Shown: positions 11,581 through 23,699 of the stretch, piece after piece
Layout of the letters: each line of letters opens with the position of its first letter
Position numbering within the stretch: position 1 is the stretch's first letter
From: Octopus sinensis
Lineage: Eukaryota
Reading direction: 5' to 3'
DNA length: 64,000 bases
Assembly: GCF_006345805.1 (NCBI RefSeq)
Contig: NC_042998.1
Span: 54,684,001 to 54,748,000 of the forward strand
Notes under the pieces: generated by a model
The model's database searches: none
The model's input: the letters and a program-made list of their open reading frames with translations, nothing else
Told to the model about the DNA's origin: nothing
Translations under genes and position numbers: made by a program

Positions 11581-12299
11581 TTATCTTAATATTCCAGCAA
11601 CCCTGGTATGGACAACAGAATAAGAATGGATTTCACAAAGAATTTGATTCAAAACCCTGAGTATGTGACCAAATATGACAAGCACCTGAAGAGGTTGAGA
11701 GTATAATGGCTAAAATGCTGTGATTATACCAACTGAAATGAGATTACTAATAGTAATATATAGCTCTCTCTCTCTCTCTCTCACACACACAAACACACAC
11801 ACTTCATGTGCCTTGCCTATTTTACAGGTGTTAAAGATGACGGATCAGTATGCCAAAGTTTGAAGATTTATAAATATTCTTGGAAAAGGTACAGCAGAGG
11901 TTTCAATTACTTTCTGCTGATTTATTCAGAGTTTACTCAACCCATTTTTTGCTCTTCTGAGCTGACCCTTAAGGTGCAAAACCTATTTAACCTTTAGGCC
12001 ATGGGATTGGTTCATGTAACATCAGAATATGTAGTACTAGGTATGCTATGTTGAAAAAAAAAAGTCACAGCTGTAATGCTTTTCATCATATTTTTTATTT
12101 TTTACTTGTCTCAGTCATTAGACTATGGTCATGCTGGGGCACTGCCTTGAAGAATTTTTAGTTGAATGAATCAATCCCAGTACTTAATTTTGTCAAGTCT
12201 GGTACTTATTCTATCTGTCAATTTTGCCAAACTGTTAAGTTACAGGGACATAAACACACCAACACCAGTTAAGCAGTGGTGTGGGGATGGAAACACACA

Positions 12300-13370
12300 C
12301 AATAATTCGTTTTTTTTATACTCCTTTTATTTTTCAAACTTAAGATAAAGTTCTTTTTTAATCTAAAATATTCTCTCCTTCATTTTCTACAATGTTCTTC
12401 CATCTATCTTGTAGACTTGCAAGGCCCCTCTTCCAAAATTCACTTGTCCGTGACAAAAAATACTCCTCCAGTACTGTTCTGACCTCATCTACAGAATACA
12501 TTTTTTCCCATCCAAATGATTTTGTAGGAAGCTGCAAAATAAATGATAATCAGATGGGGCAATGTCTGGCAAATATGGTGGGTGGCGCAGCATTTCTCAT
12601 TCAAACTGCCCCAACCTTTGGAATGTCATCCTCACTGTATGTGGCCGAGCATTATCCTGAGGGAAGAACACTTTTCGCTTTAAAACCAAAGATGGTTGTT
12701 TTTCTTCTAGTGCTGACTTAAGCTGCTCAAGCTGCTTGCAGTAGATTTCCTTTGTTATTGTTTGGTTTGGGTTTAAAAAGTTCAAAGTGGACTAAACCTT
12801 TCACATCTCACCAAACAGATAACAACATCTTATGTAGGTGAAGACCTTCTTTACCCTGGGGTGCCAGTGTTTCTCCTTTCCCTACCCACTGTCTTCGGTG
12901 CTTGACATTTTTATAGAGAAAACATTTCTCATCACAATTCACTATTCTGTCCAAAAAAGGTTCATTCATGAGACCTGACATCAAAGAGCATACATTCACT
13001 TGATGAATGGTTGAATGACCAAATCCAAGCTTCTCTACTAGCTCTTCAACAGTTACGATGGGATTTTGTTCCACCAGGGTTTGCAGGATGTCCTCGTCAA
13101 GCTCTACAGATCTTCCAGGACAAGGCTCATCTTTTAGGCTGTAGTTTCTGGCTCAGAATTTCTGAAATCACTGTTGACACTGGCTTATGCTTATTATCTG
13201 ATCCCCATAAACTGCATTAATATTCCTTGCACTTTTTGTTGCATTACTGCTTTTATTGAACTTATAAAGCAAAATATACTAAATATGCTTCTTTGTCACT
13301 ACCATTATCACTTCAAAAAAGTAACTATTAAAATCGAACTGCACTCTTCAAAACTTGCACTAAGAATAAA
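12300..13370 (-). mobile_element. mariner transposase remnant (internally deleted, inactive)
   Basis: Minus translation FLDRIVNCDEKC, QDNARPH and HPPYLPDIAPSDYHLF (YSPDLAPSD motif); stops and frameshifts. Confidence 0.9.
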
Positions 13371-13771
13371 CACAAGGTAAAAGTACCACTTACTTTTATA
13401 GTAAGTTGATGCAGGTAGTTTATCCCATCCCCCTCTGACTTTTAGCCCATGCAATTGAAAAAAAAAAACTGCATTATTTATGGCATGACCCAATATATAT
13501 ATATATATGACGGGCTTCTTTCAGTTTCTGTCTACAAAATTCACTCACAAGGATTTGGTTGGCCAGGGGCTATAGTAGAAGACTTTTGCCCAAGGAGCCA
13601 CACAGTAGGACAGAACCTGGGACCATGTGATTAGGAAGTAAGCTTTTTGCCACACCACACTTGTGCCTATTTAGTATAGGATTGTTGTTTTTTGTTCTAG
13701 AAATGACCTGGGATTTCAACAACAATCTCTGCACCTTTTTCTTCCTTATTCTGCAATCCTAAGGAACTTAC

Positions 13772-13859
13772 CATCTCGTTCTTCAATGTTTATTCAATTT
13801 CCAAAACTTCAATTTCTGATAAATTTCATACTACCAACATCAGTCTCATGCAAAATCCT
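13772..13859 (-). other. Candidate 5'UTR exon ending exactly in ATG before a donor
   Basis: ctgtttttcgtcag|AGGATT...GAACGAGATG|gtaagt; all three frames contain stops upstream of the terminal ATG. Confidence 0.33.
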
Positions 13860-14207
13860 CTGACGAAAAACAGTTACTAATGAGCTACGGTGAACATCAG
13901 TCAATACATCAATTGTTAATGCAAGAGACAATGCTAAGCTTTGAACAACCATCACAATACCCATTATATATGAAAAGAGGAAGGGAAACATAATTGATGT
14001 AAGAAAATTAATGTGATGAGGGATGGGGGAATAAAGCATCCTTGATTATTTTTGGTTTGCTTTCTACAAAGAGACGCACTAATCAATTAGCTATATTTTC
14101 TTTTTGTCTGTTGTGGTCATTGTTTCATTTCAATGTGTTTTGCGATGTATACACACACACAAATGTATGTAATGTATGTAAATACATATATTGAGTGTGT
14201 ATGTAAG

Positions 14208-14387
<180 letters not shown>

Positions 14388-14389
14388 AA

Positions 14390-14700
14390 TCAAAGTAAAT
14401 CAACACGAAGCACACAACTTGGCAAAGTACTGGAGTTGACTGCTGCAACTTTTTTTGAAGGGAGATAAAGAACAAGTGTTCGCCGTGAGTTAATTCCCTT
14501 GCTGGTTGCTAAGTAATTCGCTGTTTAATTAACCCATTTATTTATTTTTATTTGTTTGTTTGTTTGTTTTATATTGATCGAGAGAAACTGTTATTCCTCG
14601 GGTCCTAACCCTCGAAATATCTTCCACTTTATGGCCGTCAAAATAAATAAGTCATTAAATAAATAGAAAAGAAACTATTAAAACTCAAGGAACGGTGACG

Positions 14701-14799
<99 letters not shown>

Positions 14800-15600
14800 T
14801 TATGTATGCATATGTGTGCGTGTTTGCGTGCCGTGAATACAAGAGACCTGTAGCCTATGTTACGTTCTTCAATAAAAAAACAAAAACAAAAGAGTAGTCT
14901 TCTTAATATATTTTTCTCCAGGTTTATCCTGCCAAATGTTTTACCGTTTCGAATGCATGTGGTGTGTGTGTGTATGTACACACACACACACACTCTTCAA
15001 TTATTGTATTTGGTTTGCAAGATTCTTGATGTAAGCTCGCGTGTTGAAACTCACAAGACATAACAAAATGTATGTATGTATGTATGTGTGTGTATGTATG
15101 TATGTGTGTGTGTGTGTGTATGTATGTATGTGTGTGTGTGTATGTATGCATGCATGTATGTAGGTATGTATGTATCTATGCATGCATGTAGATAAAACGT
15201 ACTTGGAAAAGAAGCGTGGCGTTCGATCATATGATAATATAAATAATATAGAAATATACGCATATATACATACATATATGTACATACCTACATATATATG
15301 TATATATATGGGTACAGGACATAAAAAAAACGTTGAACACAATGAAAATCGAAAACACGTACGTGCGTATGTATGTATGTATGTACTGGCAGACAGACAT
15401 ATAGAGAGGGAAGGGAGGGCTTCCAAGTCAATGAAGCAGTCTCATCCCGCTAGAAACAACAGCCGAATTTCCCCTAAAAAACTACAATATGTAAAAAGAC
15501 AGGAAGTTTGCACCAGGAATTCCTTTGATCACCGGTTTCTGCGAGCAGGACTTACCTGAAGCTAAGTAGCGACAACAACAATAGCTCTTAATGAACTCAG
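14390..15600. promoter_or_regulatory. CpG-enriched, TE-poor promoter-like region with splice donors on both strands
   Basis: Visibly more CG dinucleotides than the surrounding DNA; donor gcc|gtgagt at 14484/14485 (+) and cag|gtaagt at 15556/15555 (-). Not quantified. Confidence 0.4.
14704..14792. repeat. (TA)n microsatellite
   Basis: ~44 TA units with one ca interruption. Confidence 0.97.
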
Positions 15601-15789
15601 TTGTTGTTCACCCCAGGTCATGCCTGTTCCAGTAAACAAAAACTATGATCAAAGACTTTCAAACCGTAAACATCCCATGCCTTTCTTTTTTTTTTTTCTT
15701 GCACCCGTTTCCTTTTTCCTGATATATGGTATATCCAAGACTATAATAGCCAATATATTTTTTCCCTTTTACAAGGCAACAGGATGTGA

Positions 15790-16240
15790 TCTGATGTATT
15801 CCTAGCTGTTATTGCTAGCAGATCGAATGATCATATAAAGGTCATTGGATCACCAATAGATAACTCGTCTCGTTTATGCTTGGTACATTTTTTTTAGCAA
15901 GATTTCTTTTCTCCTCCACCACCACTTTAAAAAAAAAAATGAATGTGATATAAAGAATTTTTAGCTGCTATTTCTAGTAGACTGAATGCTCATTTAAAGA
16001 TCATTTGGTCACCAGTAGCTAGCTTGTTTATGCTTGGTACATTTTATAAGCAAAATTTCTTTTCTCCTCCCCCACCACTTTTGAAAAAAAAAATTGATGT
16101 GATCTAAAGAATTCTTAGCTGCAATTTCTAGCAGATCATACGCACACATAAAGGTCATTCAATCGCCAATAGCTAACCCATTCATGCTTGGTATATTTTT
16201 TGAGTATGATGTTTTTTTTTCTCCTCCTCTCCACCCGCTC
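15790..16240. repeat. Diverged ~155-160-bp tandem repeat, ~3 copies
   Basis: gctg(t/c)(t/a)att(g/t)ctag anchors at 15805, 15964, 16118; each followed by atgcttggtac/tat and ttctcctcc. Confidence 0.85.
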
Positions 16241-17047
16241 ACTTCAGGAATGAAAAATAACAGCATACAAACAGCAAAATATAAAATACTGAATGAGTTA
16301 TTGACTGGATATTGATTGGAATTTCATTTCTGATTGTGGCACCTGTTACTGCTATCAATGTTGGCAGATAGGGTTACAAGCAGAGGATCATGCTAGGTTT
16401 CAGAACAGCACATTATTTTGTGTGTGTGTGTGTGTGTCCATTATTTTGTGTGTGTGTGTGTGTGTCTGTGTTCGTGTCCATTATTTTGTGCCTGTGTGTG
16501 TGTGTGTGTGAAAGAGGGCAAGAAGTGGAGGGGTATATTAGAGAAAGAAGATGAGAGGGAGGAGGAGTGAGTGATAGAGAGTGAGTGAAAGGAGGACATG
16601 GGGGAAAGGTGTTGGAAAGAAAGAGTGTAAGTATGAGTGTAAGAGAGAGGAGAGGAGCAGCATTAGAGAGAGAGAGAAAGTAAGTGTGAGGGAAAGAGCA
16701 AGAGGGTGTGTATGTGTGAGTGAAAGAGAAAAAGAGAGAGCAAGAGTGAGTGAGTGAGTGTGTGTGGGTGTTTATTATATCATAAGATGACAACCTATTC
16801 GGAGTATTACTCTTGGCTGCACTGCTCACAAATGTCATAAACAGCTCAGCCAAGGACAAAAGTCAATGGAGACGGTCAATTTTTGATAAAGTAAACAGAT
16901 CCATTCTGCCCAAAACATACCAGAAAATGTTTGCACTAAGTAAAGTATTTCTTCATTACTTGACAACTCTTACATTAAAGGAAATTAGAATTTACCCACA
17001 GGCAGTCCTTATGCATGAATTTCCAGGGATGTAGGTATACTCTATAT

Positions 17048-17460
17048 TCTCTTTACTCTTTTACTTGTTTCAGTCATTTGGCTGAGGCCATGCTGGAGCA
17101 CTGCCTTTAGTTGAGCAAACTGACCCCAGGACTTATTCTTTGTAAGCCTAGTACTTGTTCTATCGGTCTCTTTTGCCAAACTGCTAAGTTACGGGGATGT
17201 AAACACACCAGCATCAGTTGTCAAGCGATGTTAGGGGGACAAACACAGACACACAAACGTATACACATACATATATATATATATATACATATATACGATG
17301 GGCTTCTTTCAGTTTCCATCTACCAAATCCACTCACAAGGCTTTGGTTGGCCCGAGGCTACAGTAGAAGACACTTGCCCAAGGTGCCACGCAGTAGGACT
17401 GAACCCGGAGCCATGTGGTTCGTAAGCAAGCTACTTACCACACAGCTACTCCTACGCCTA
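17048..17460 (-). mobile_element. SINE family A, full length
   Basis: Reverse complement of taggcgtaggagtagctgtgtggtaag...aaacaagtaaaagagtaaagag. Confidence 0.9.
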
Positions 17461-17479
17461 TGTATATATGTAAGTATGC

Positions 17480-17790
17480 CTTTCTTTTGTGGGACTCAAA
17501 TCTCATTTGTGGACCCATGCAAAACGAACTTCTACCAACTACTCTGCCTATCTATCCATGCATACCAGTCAATGCCTTGTATGCCATAAGGTCTGCAAAT
17601 CTAAAGGAAGGCCTCAAAAGATATTTTAAGATCCACAAAGATAAGAACTTAACTGCAGCTCTTGGTGGTCCAAAGCAAACGTAATTTATGTGGGTGTCTT
17701 TTGAAGACATTGTCTGGTTTAAAAAGCCACATCAGTTGTCATGATAGGTCTAAGGTGGTCAGATTCTGCATAAAAAGTAGACAACCACCA
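17480..17790 (+). mobile_element. Degenerate LINE-like C-terminal fragment with two C2H2-like motifs
   Basis: With one shift reads QCLVCHKVCKSK-GLKRYFKIH, later CGCLLKTLSGLKSHISCH; resembles RTE-type C-terminal zinc fingers (inference). Confidence 0.4.
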
Positions 17791-17819
17791 TGTATGTATA
17801 TATGTATGGATACATATGT

Positions 17820-18015
17820 GCGGGTGGCACGTAAAAAGCACCCACTACACTCATGGAGTGGTTGGCGTTAGGAAGGGCATCCAGCCGTAGAAACACTGCC
17901 AGATCTGACTAGGCCTGATGAAGCCTTCCGGCTTCACAGACCCCAGTTGAACTGTCCAACCCATGCTAGCATGGAAAACGGACGCTAAACAATGATGATG
18001 ATGATGATGATGATG
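17820..18015 (+). mobile_element. RTE 3'UTR fragment with (GAT)n tail
   Basis: ggtggcacgtaaaaagcacccactacac...ggaagggcatcc...(gat)n. Confidence 0.8.
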
Positions 18016-18085
18016 GATGTCACTATTCAGCTTCATTTCAAGATTTCTTGCCGATGGAGAAAGAGCCAGTTTCTTACCAAGATCC

Positions 18086-20146
18086 AAATGTACATAATCA
18101 TGTGTGCACAAGTGTACATAATCATGTGCGCCCAAGTGTACATAATCATGTGTGTGCAAGTGTACATAATCATGTGTGTGCAAGTGTACATAATCATGTG
18201 TGTGCAAGTGTACATAATCATGTGTGTGCAAGTGTACATAATCATGTGTGTGCAAGTGTACAAATCATGTGTGTGCAAGTGTACATAATCATGTGTGCCC
18301 AAGTGTACATATCATGTGTGTGCAAGTGTACATAATCATGTGTGTGCAAGTGTACATAATCATGTGTGTGCAAGTGTACATAATCATGTGTGTGCAAGTG
18401 TACATAATCATGTGTGCCCAAGTGTACATAATCATGTGTGCCCAAGTGTACATAATCATGTGTGCCCAAGTGTACATAATCATGTGTGCCCAAGTGTACA
18501 TAATCATGTGTGTGCAAGTGTACATAATCATGTGTGCCCAAGTGTACATAATCATTGTGTGCAAGTGTACATAATCATGTGTGTGCAAGTGTACATAATC
18601 ATGTGTGCCCAAGTGTACATAATCATGTGTGTGCAAGTGTACATATCATGTGTGTGCAAGTGTACATAATCATGTGTGTGTGCAAGTGTACATAATCATG
18701 TGTGCGCCCAAGTGTACATAATCATGTGTGTGCAAGTGTACATAATCATGTGTGTGCAAGTGTACATATCATGTGTGTGCAGTGTACATAATCATGTGTG
18801 TGTGCAAGTGTACATAATCATGTGTGCGCCCAAGTGTACATAATCATGTGTGTGCAAGTGTACATAATCATGTGTGTGCAAGTGTACATAATCATGTGTG
18901 TGCAAGTGTACATAATCATGTGTGTGCAAGTGTACATAATCATGTGTGCCCAAGTGTACATAATCATGTGTGTGCAAGTGTACATAATCATGTGTGTGCA
19001 AGTGTACATAATCATGTGTGTGTGCAAGTGTACATAATCATGTGTGCGCCCAAGTGTACATAATCATGTGTGTGCAAGTGTACATAATCATGTGTGTGCA
19101 AGTGTACATAATCATGTGTGTGCAAGTGTACATAATCATGTGTGTGTGCAAGTGTACATAATCATGTGTGCGCCCAAGTGTACATAATCATGTGTGTGCA
19201 AGTGTACATAATCATGTGTGTGCAAGTGTACATAATCATGTGTGTGCAAGTGTACATAATCATGTGTGTGCAAGTGTACATAATCATGTGTGTGCAAGTG
19301 TACATAATCATGTGTGTGCAAGTGTATATAATCATGTGTGTGCAAGTGTACATAATCATGTCTGCGCAAATGTACATAATTATGTGAGTGCAAGTGTACA
19401 TAGTCCTGCATGCACAAGTGTACATAATCATGTGTGTGCAAGTGTACATAATCATGTGTGTGCAAGTGTACATAATCATGTGTGTGCAAGTGTATATAAT
19501 CATGTGCGTGCAAGTGTACATAATCATGTCTGCGCAAATGTACATAATTATGTGAGTGCAAGTGTACATAGTCCTGCATGCACAAGTGTACATAATCATG
19601 TGTGTGCAAGTGTACATAATCATGTGTGTGTGCAAGTGTACATAATCATGTGTGTGCAAGTGTACATAATCATGTGTGTGCAAGTGTACATAATCATGTG
19701 TGTGCAAGTGTACATAATCATGTGTGTGCAAGTGTACATAATCATGTGTGTGCAAGTGTACATAATCATGTGTGTGCAAGTGTACATAATCATGTGTGTG
19801 CAAGTGTACATAATCATGTGTGTGCAAGTGTACATAATCATGTGTGTGCAAGTGTATATAATCATGTGTGTGCAAGTGTACATAATCATGTCTGCGCAAG
19901 TGTACATAATCATGTGTGTGTGCAAGTGTACATAATAATGTGTGCGCAAATGTACATAATTATGTGAGTGCAAGTGTACATAGTCCTGCATACACAAGTG
20001 TACATAATCATGTGTGCAAGTGTACATAATCATGTGTGTGCAAGTGTACATAATCATGTGTGTGCAAGTGTACATAATCATGTGTATGCAAGGGTACATA
20101 ATCCTGCATGTGCATGTGTACATAATCATGTGTGCAAGTGTACATA
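18086..20146. repeat. 24-bp satellite array (aagtgtacataatcatgtgtgtgc), ~85 units, with higher-order repeats
   Basis: Uninterrupted ~2.06-kb tandem; 24-bp consensus with 23- and 26-bp variants; repeated variant blocks at 124/220-bp and 168-bp spacing. Confidence 0.98.
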
Positions 20147-20164
20147 TGCATATGTGTGTGTACT

Positions 20165-20670
20165 GGCAAGTTTTTGCCAGTTGTTCCAATGGACTTTTGA
20201 AAGAAGAAATGGAACACATATGGTATCCAGAATGAACAGTACCTTAATGTGGGCTGCGCTTGAAGTTTATTTTGCAGAAAATGGTTGAGCGCTAAATAGT
20301 TAGCTGATTTAAAGGACTGAATTCAATGAGAAAATGCTTTTGTGCAGTAAGAATATATAAGGTAGTTGGCTTGATGAAGCATTAGAGTTCCTCAGCATGA
20401 CACTTTTTGTTTTGCAGGACATGTCAACAACATGCAAGAACCACAAGAAAATCACAAGAGAACTCAAATCCATTATCTCTCTCTACACGAAAAGTGAATC
20501 CACAGATCTCTGCAGAGAATCTATGCAAATGAAAATCGTTGATGAGATTCAAAATGCCAAATATTATTCAAGCATTGTCGATGCCATTCCTGCTGATTCA
20601 GTCAAGAAACAAGCTCCTAGAGTTATTCAGTATGTAAAGCTTGTAGATATGTTTGACATTTCTAACTGAA
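20165..20670 (+). mobile_element. hAT-type transposase remnant (DUF4371/ZMYM1-like segment)
   Basis: SMQMKIVDEIQNAKYYSSIVDAIPADSVKKQAPRVIQYV resembles the hAT IIEEIK.AKYYSII.DET.D.S.KEQ...IRYV motif; no intact ORF. Confidence 0.7.
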
Positions 20671-21584
20671 GAACAGTTTCATTTTATTAGATACCATATT
20701 TACTGGCATACAAATCAGCATATAATATGTAGTATAAACATTCAAACAATCCTGCCGCATTTCACATGGAATTTTTGGCCCTTCAAAAGTCATTTTCACA
20801 CATAAGTTGACCAACCTTTTTCTGATTGTCACTTTTGGTCTGTAAATTCTGACCTGTATGCCTGTATGCTAAAACATGGTAACTCCTCAAAGAAAACTAT
20901 GAAACTATCACTTGAGTACAAAATGGTTTATAGAAGATTTTTAAAGTTGGATCTTCAAGTTTGTAATGAAGCTTAACAGACAAATATACATACAAGGTAT
21001 AATAGAGTGTAAACAACTTTACAAGAGCTAATTGCACTCCATTAAAGCATTACAGCTATTACAGCTGGGGGTGACTGTAAACTACATCTCACAGTGGACC
21101 CTTGGTTCAAGAGTTCAAGGGTTTTGAAGAATGTGGAACCATCTCTTAGCCACTTCCCTGACGTGGAGTAGTAGCACCTGCCAGGGTCCCAATTATAGGT
21201 TAATTATGATATTAGGGCTTGCCAACAAATGCATGTAAAAACTGGAATCCAGCAGACTTTGCAGATGAAACCATGTTTCAATGAGACAGGGGGAAGGGGG
21301 AAGCAGTTGCAGCAACGCATTGTAGAGCACAGAGAGCAAGATGAGGCAAAATTTAGACACATTATTCATCCATTGCATCCATCTTCATCCCCAGACTGAA
21401 GATGTGGATGAGAGTAAGGTTCATGGTGCACAACACTTCTTCATTTTAAAGAAAGTCATCACACCAGTCATCAGTCATCTTTATGGATGATTAGATAGTC
21501 CTCAGATTAATCCCAACATATTAAACATGGTTTCTGCCATACACTAAACCTCATTGGCTTGACTACACTGAATCATGTGGAAGT

Positions 21585-21705
21585 ACCGTAAATCCTCGAG
21601 TATAATCCACATTTTTTTCCCAAAAGGGGTGTGTATTATACACAAGGTTTAGGTTTTTCAGAGGTACAGCCCCCTAAAAATCCCCTGTGTATTATACTCA
21701 AGGCT
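21585..21705. mobile_element. pogo-like MITE end
   Basis: ta|ccgtaaatcctcgagtataatcc terminus followed by repeated gtgtattatac subterminal motifs. Confidence 0.45.
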
Positions 21706-22084
21706 ATACATGGCTATACAGCAAGCTTCTTGACCACACAGCCAGGCCTGCACCTACACTAAGATTTTAAGCAAGGTGAACATTTCAATGCATTCTGTTG
21801 TCATCTTTACAGTTAATTATCTGATAGCTTCAAAATTTTGATGATTGTTTATTTTTAGAATGACATTGTAGAGTATGTGAGAGAGGTCAGATCTAGCCAG
21901 TTTCAACAAAACAAAAAAAAAAGTAGAATATTTTTGTCAGATATGGCCAGTTTAAATGCTAAAGTGTTAAAATAATTGACGATGAATAATTCAGAGGAGG
22001 CTAAATTGAGTACCAAATGCAACTGCTTCCAAGGTCAACACTGAAAGATCTATGCCCAAAGGCTTTCCAGATACGATCATCTGT

Positions 22085-22300
22085 TCTTTTTAGGGGCACT
22101 AGTGCTGGTGCCACATAAAAAGCACCCAGTGCACTCTGTAAAGAGGTTGGTGTTAGGAAGAGCATCCAGCTTTAGAAACCAAGTTAAAATAGACTGCAAC
22201 CTGGTGCAGTCCCAGGACTTGCCTGTTCATGTCCAGCCATTCAACCCATGCCAGCATGGAAAATAGATGTTAAATGTTGATGATGATCATCATCATCATA
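22085..22300 (+). mobile_element. RTE 3'UTR fragment
   Basis: ggtgttaggaagagcatccagc...caacccatgccagcatggaaaatagatgttaaat(gat)n. Confidence 0.7.
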
Positions 22301-23699
22301 TTTACAGTAAGCATAATCGGTGTGGCTGTAAGATGCAGGCATGACTGAGCAACTATGCAGTTTCCTTTCCAACCACATGGCTTCAGGTTCAGTCCCACTG
22401 ACTGGCATCTTGGGTAAGTGTCTTCCACTATAGCTGCAGGCTGACCAAACCCCAGTGAATGGATTTGATGCATGGGAACTGAAAGAAGCTTAATATGTAT
22501 GTGCATGCACATGAGAGTGTGTGTGTATGTTTGCATTTCCTTGCCTTGGAATATCATGATAGTTGTAAATTATCATGATCAGCCTGGGTTTATAGGTGAA
22601 AATATTTGTCCAAGGTGCCATGCAGTAGGACAGAACCTGAAACCATATGGTTGGGAAACAAGCTTCTCACCACAGAGAATTTACATATTTTAAAACAAAG
22701 AAATAGGAACGCAGTGACTGGCATAAAATAAAAGTCACTATGAGGGATTTTCACAGTGACATACACATAATGTGACATGCACAGATTCAGGAAACATCAT
22801 AACATTCTACAGGCATTTGTGAAATATATATACGTACGTGTGTGTGTGTGTGTGTGTGTGTGCACAAATGTGTATGCATACGTGTAAGCATCTACGAATA
22901 TGATTGATTGCAGTTCTTGATTTGTGAAGGAGTGAAGATATGGAGTGAACTTCAGAGCTAAGTTTAAACCAACTCAAGAAAGTGTTTGGCTAGCATTGTA
23001 TTTTAAATTATTGATGTTAAACAACAAATGTCAACAGCTTTGAAGAGAGATTAACAATCTGTGTAAACAGGCCAAGCTATAAGAAAAGGTTTAATCTCTT
23101 CAACTTGACAGAATAATGACTAGAAGAGAAAAAAATTGTTACGATGATAAAATGTCACAGGAACTTCTTTTAATTTTGAACGTTGTGGAATAAATGACTT
23201 GTGTGGGATATGACGATCATCTGTCATCATAATAGAGAAGACCCAACAACGCCAAAAGACAACCTCCACAGAAAACATTATTAATGAGAGTTCTACAGAT
23301 AACATAGTTAATGAAGAAAAAGTAATAATGGTTTCACTTTTTGGCATTAGGCCAGCAATTTTAGGGGCAGACAACTCAATTACATCACCAGTGCTTAACC
23401 CAGTGCTTAGCAGGTACTTATTTTATCAACTCCAAGAAACAGAAAAGTAAAGTCAGCCTTGGAGGTATTTGAATTCAGCAGCATTTCTTCCAGCAATTTT
23501 ACATTCTGAGTTCAAATACATCCAATGTAGCATTTCTTTTGACCCTTTACTTATTCTATCAGTCTCTTTTTGCTGAACCACAAAGTTATGGGGATGTAAA
23601 GAAACCAACACTGGTTGTCAAATGGTGGTGGGGATGGGAACAAAGACAGACAAAGACAATCACACACACAGAAACACACACACACACACACATATATAA

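Noticed and set aside
11828-11888. Plus-strand exon candidate (tattttacag|GTGTTAAAG...GGAAAAG|gtacag; VKDDGSVCQSLKIYKYSWK)
   Set aside because: Weak donor, no phase partner nearby, and upstream of the inferred promoter region; kept only as a note.
16813-17034. 73-aa ORF in unique sequence
   Set aside because: Non-ATG start, no recognisable motif and no bounding splice sites.
17912-17940. ctgatga-agcc-ttcc-ggct hairpin (also ~3743) as a hammerhead
   Set aside because: Not followed by GAAA; it is a variant of the RTE UTR sequence cctggtgcagcc.
17851-20288. Long His/Cys-rich ORFs (HTHDYVHL, VHNHVCAS, VYIIMCVQ repeats) as a metal-binding or structural protein
   Set aside because: The 24-bp monomer is stop-free in 4 of 6 frames by composition; 23- and 26-bp variants shift frames freely; no splice signals or unique domain.
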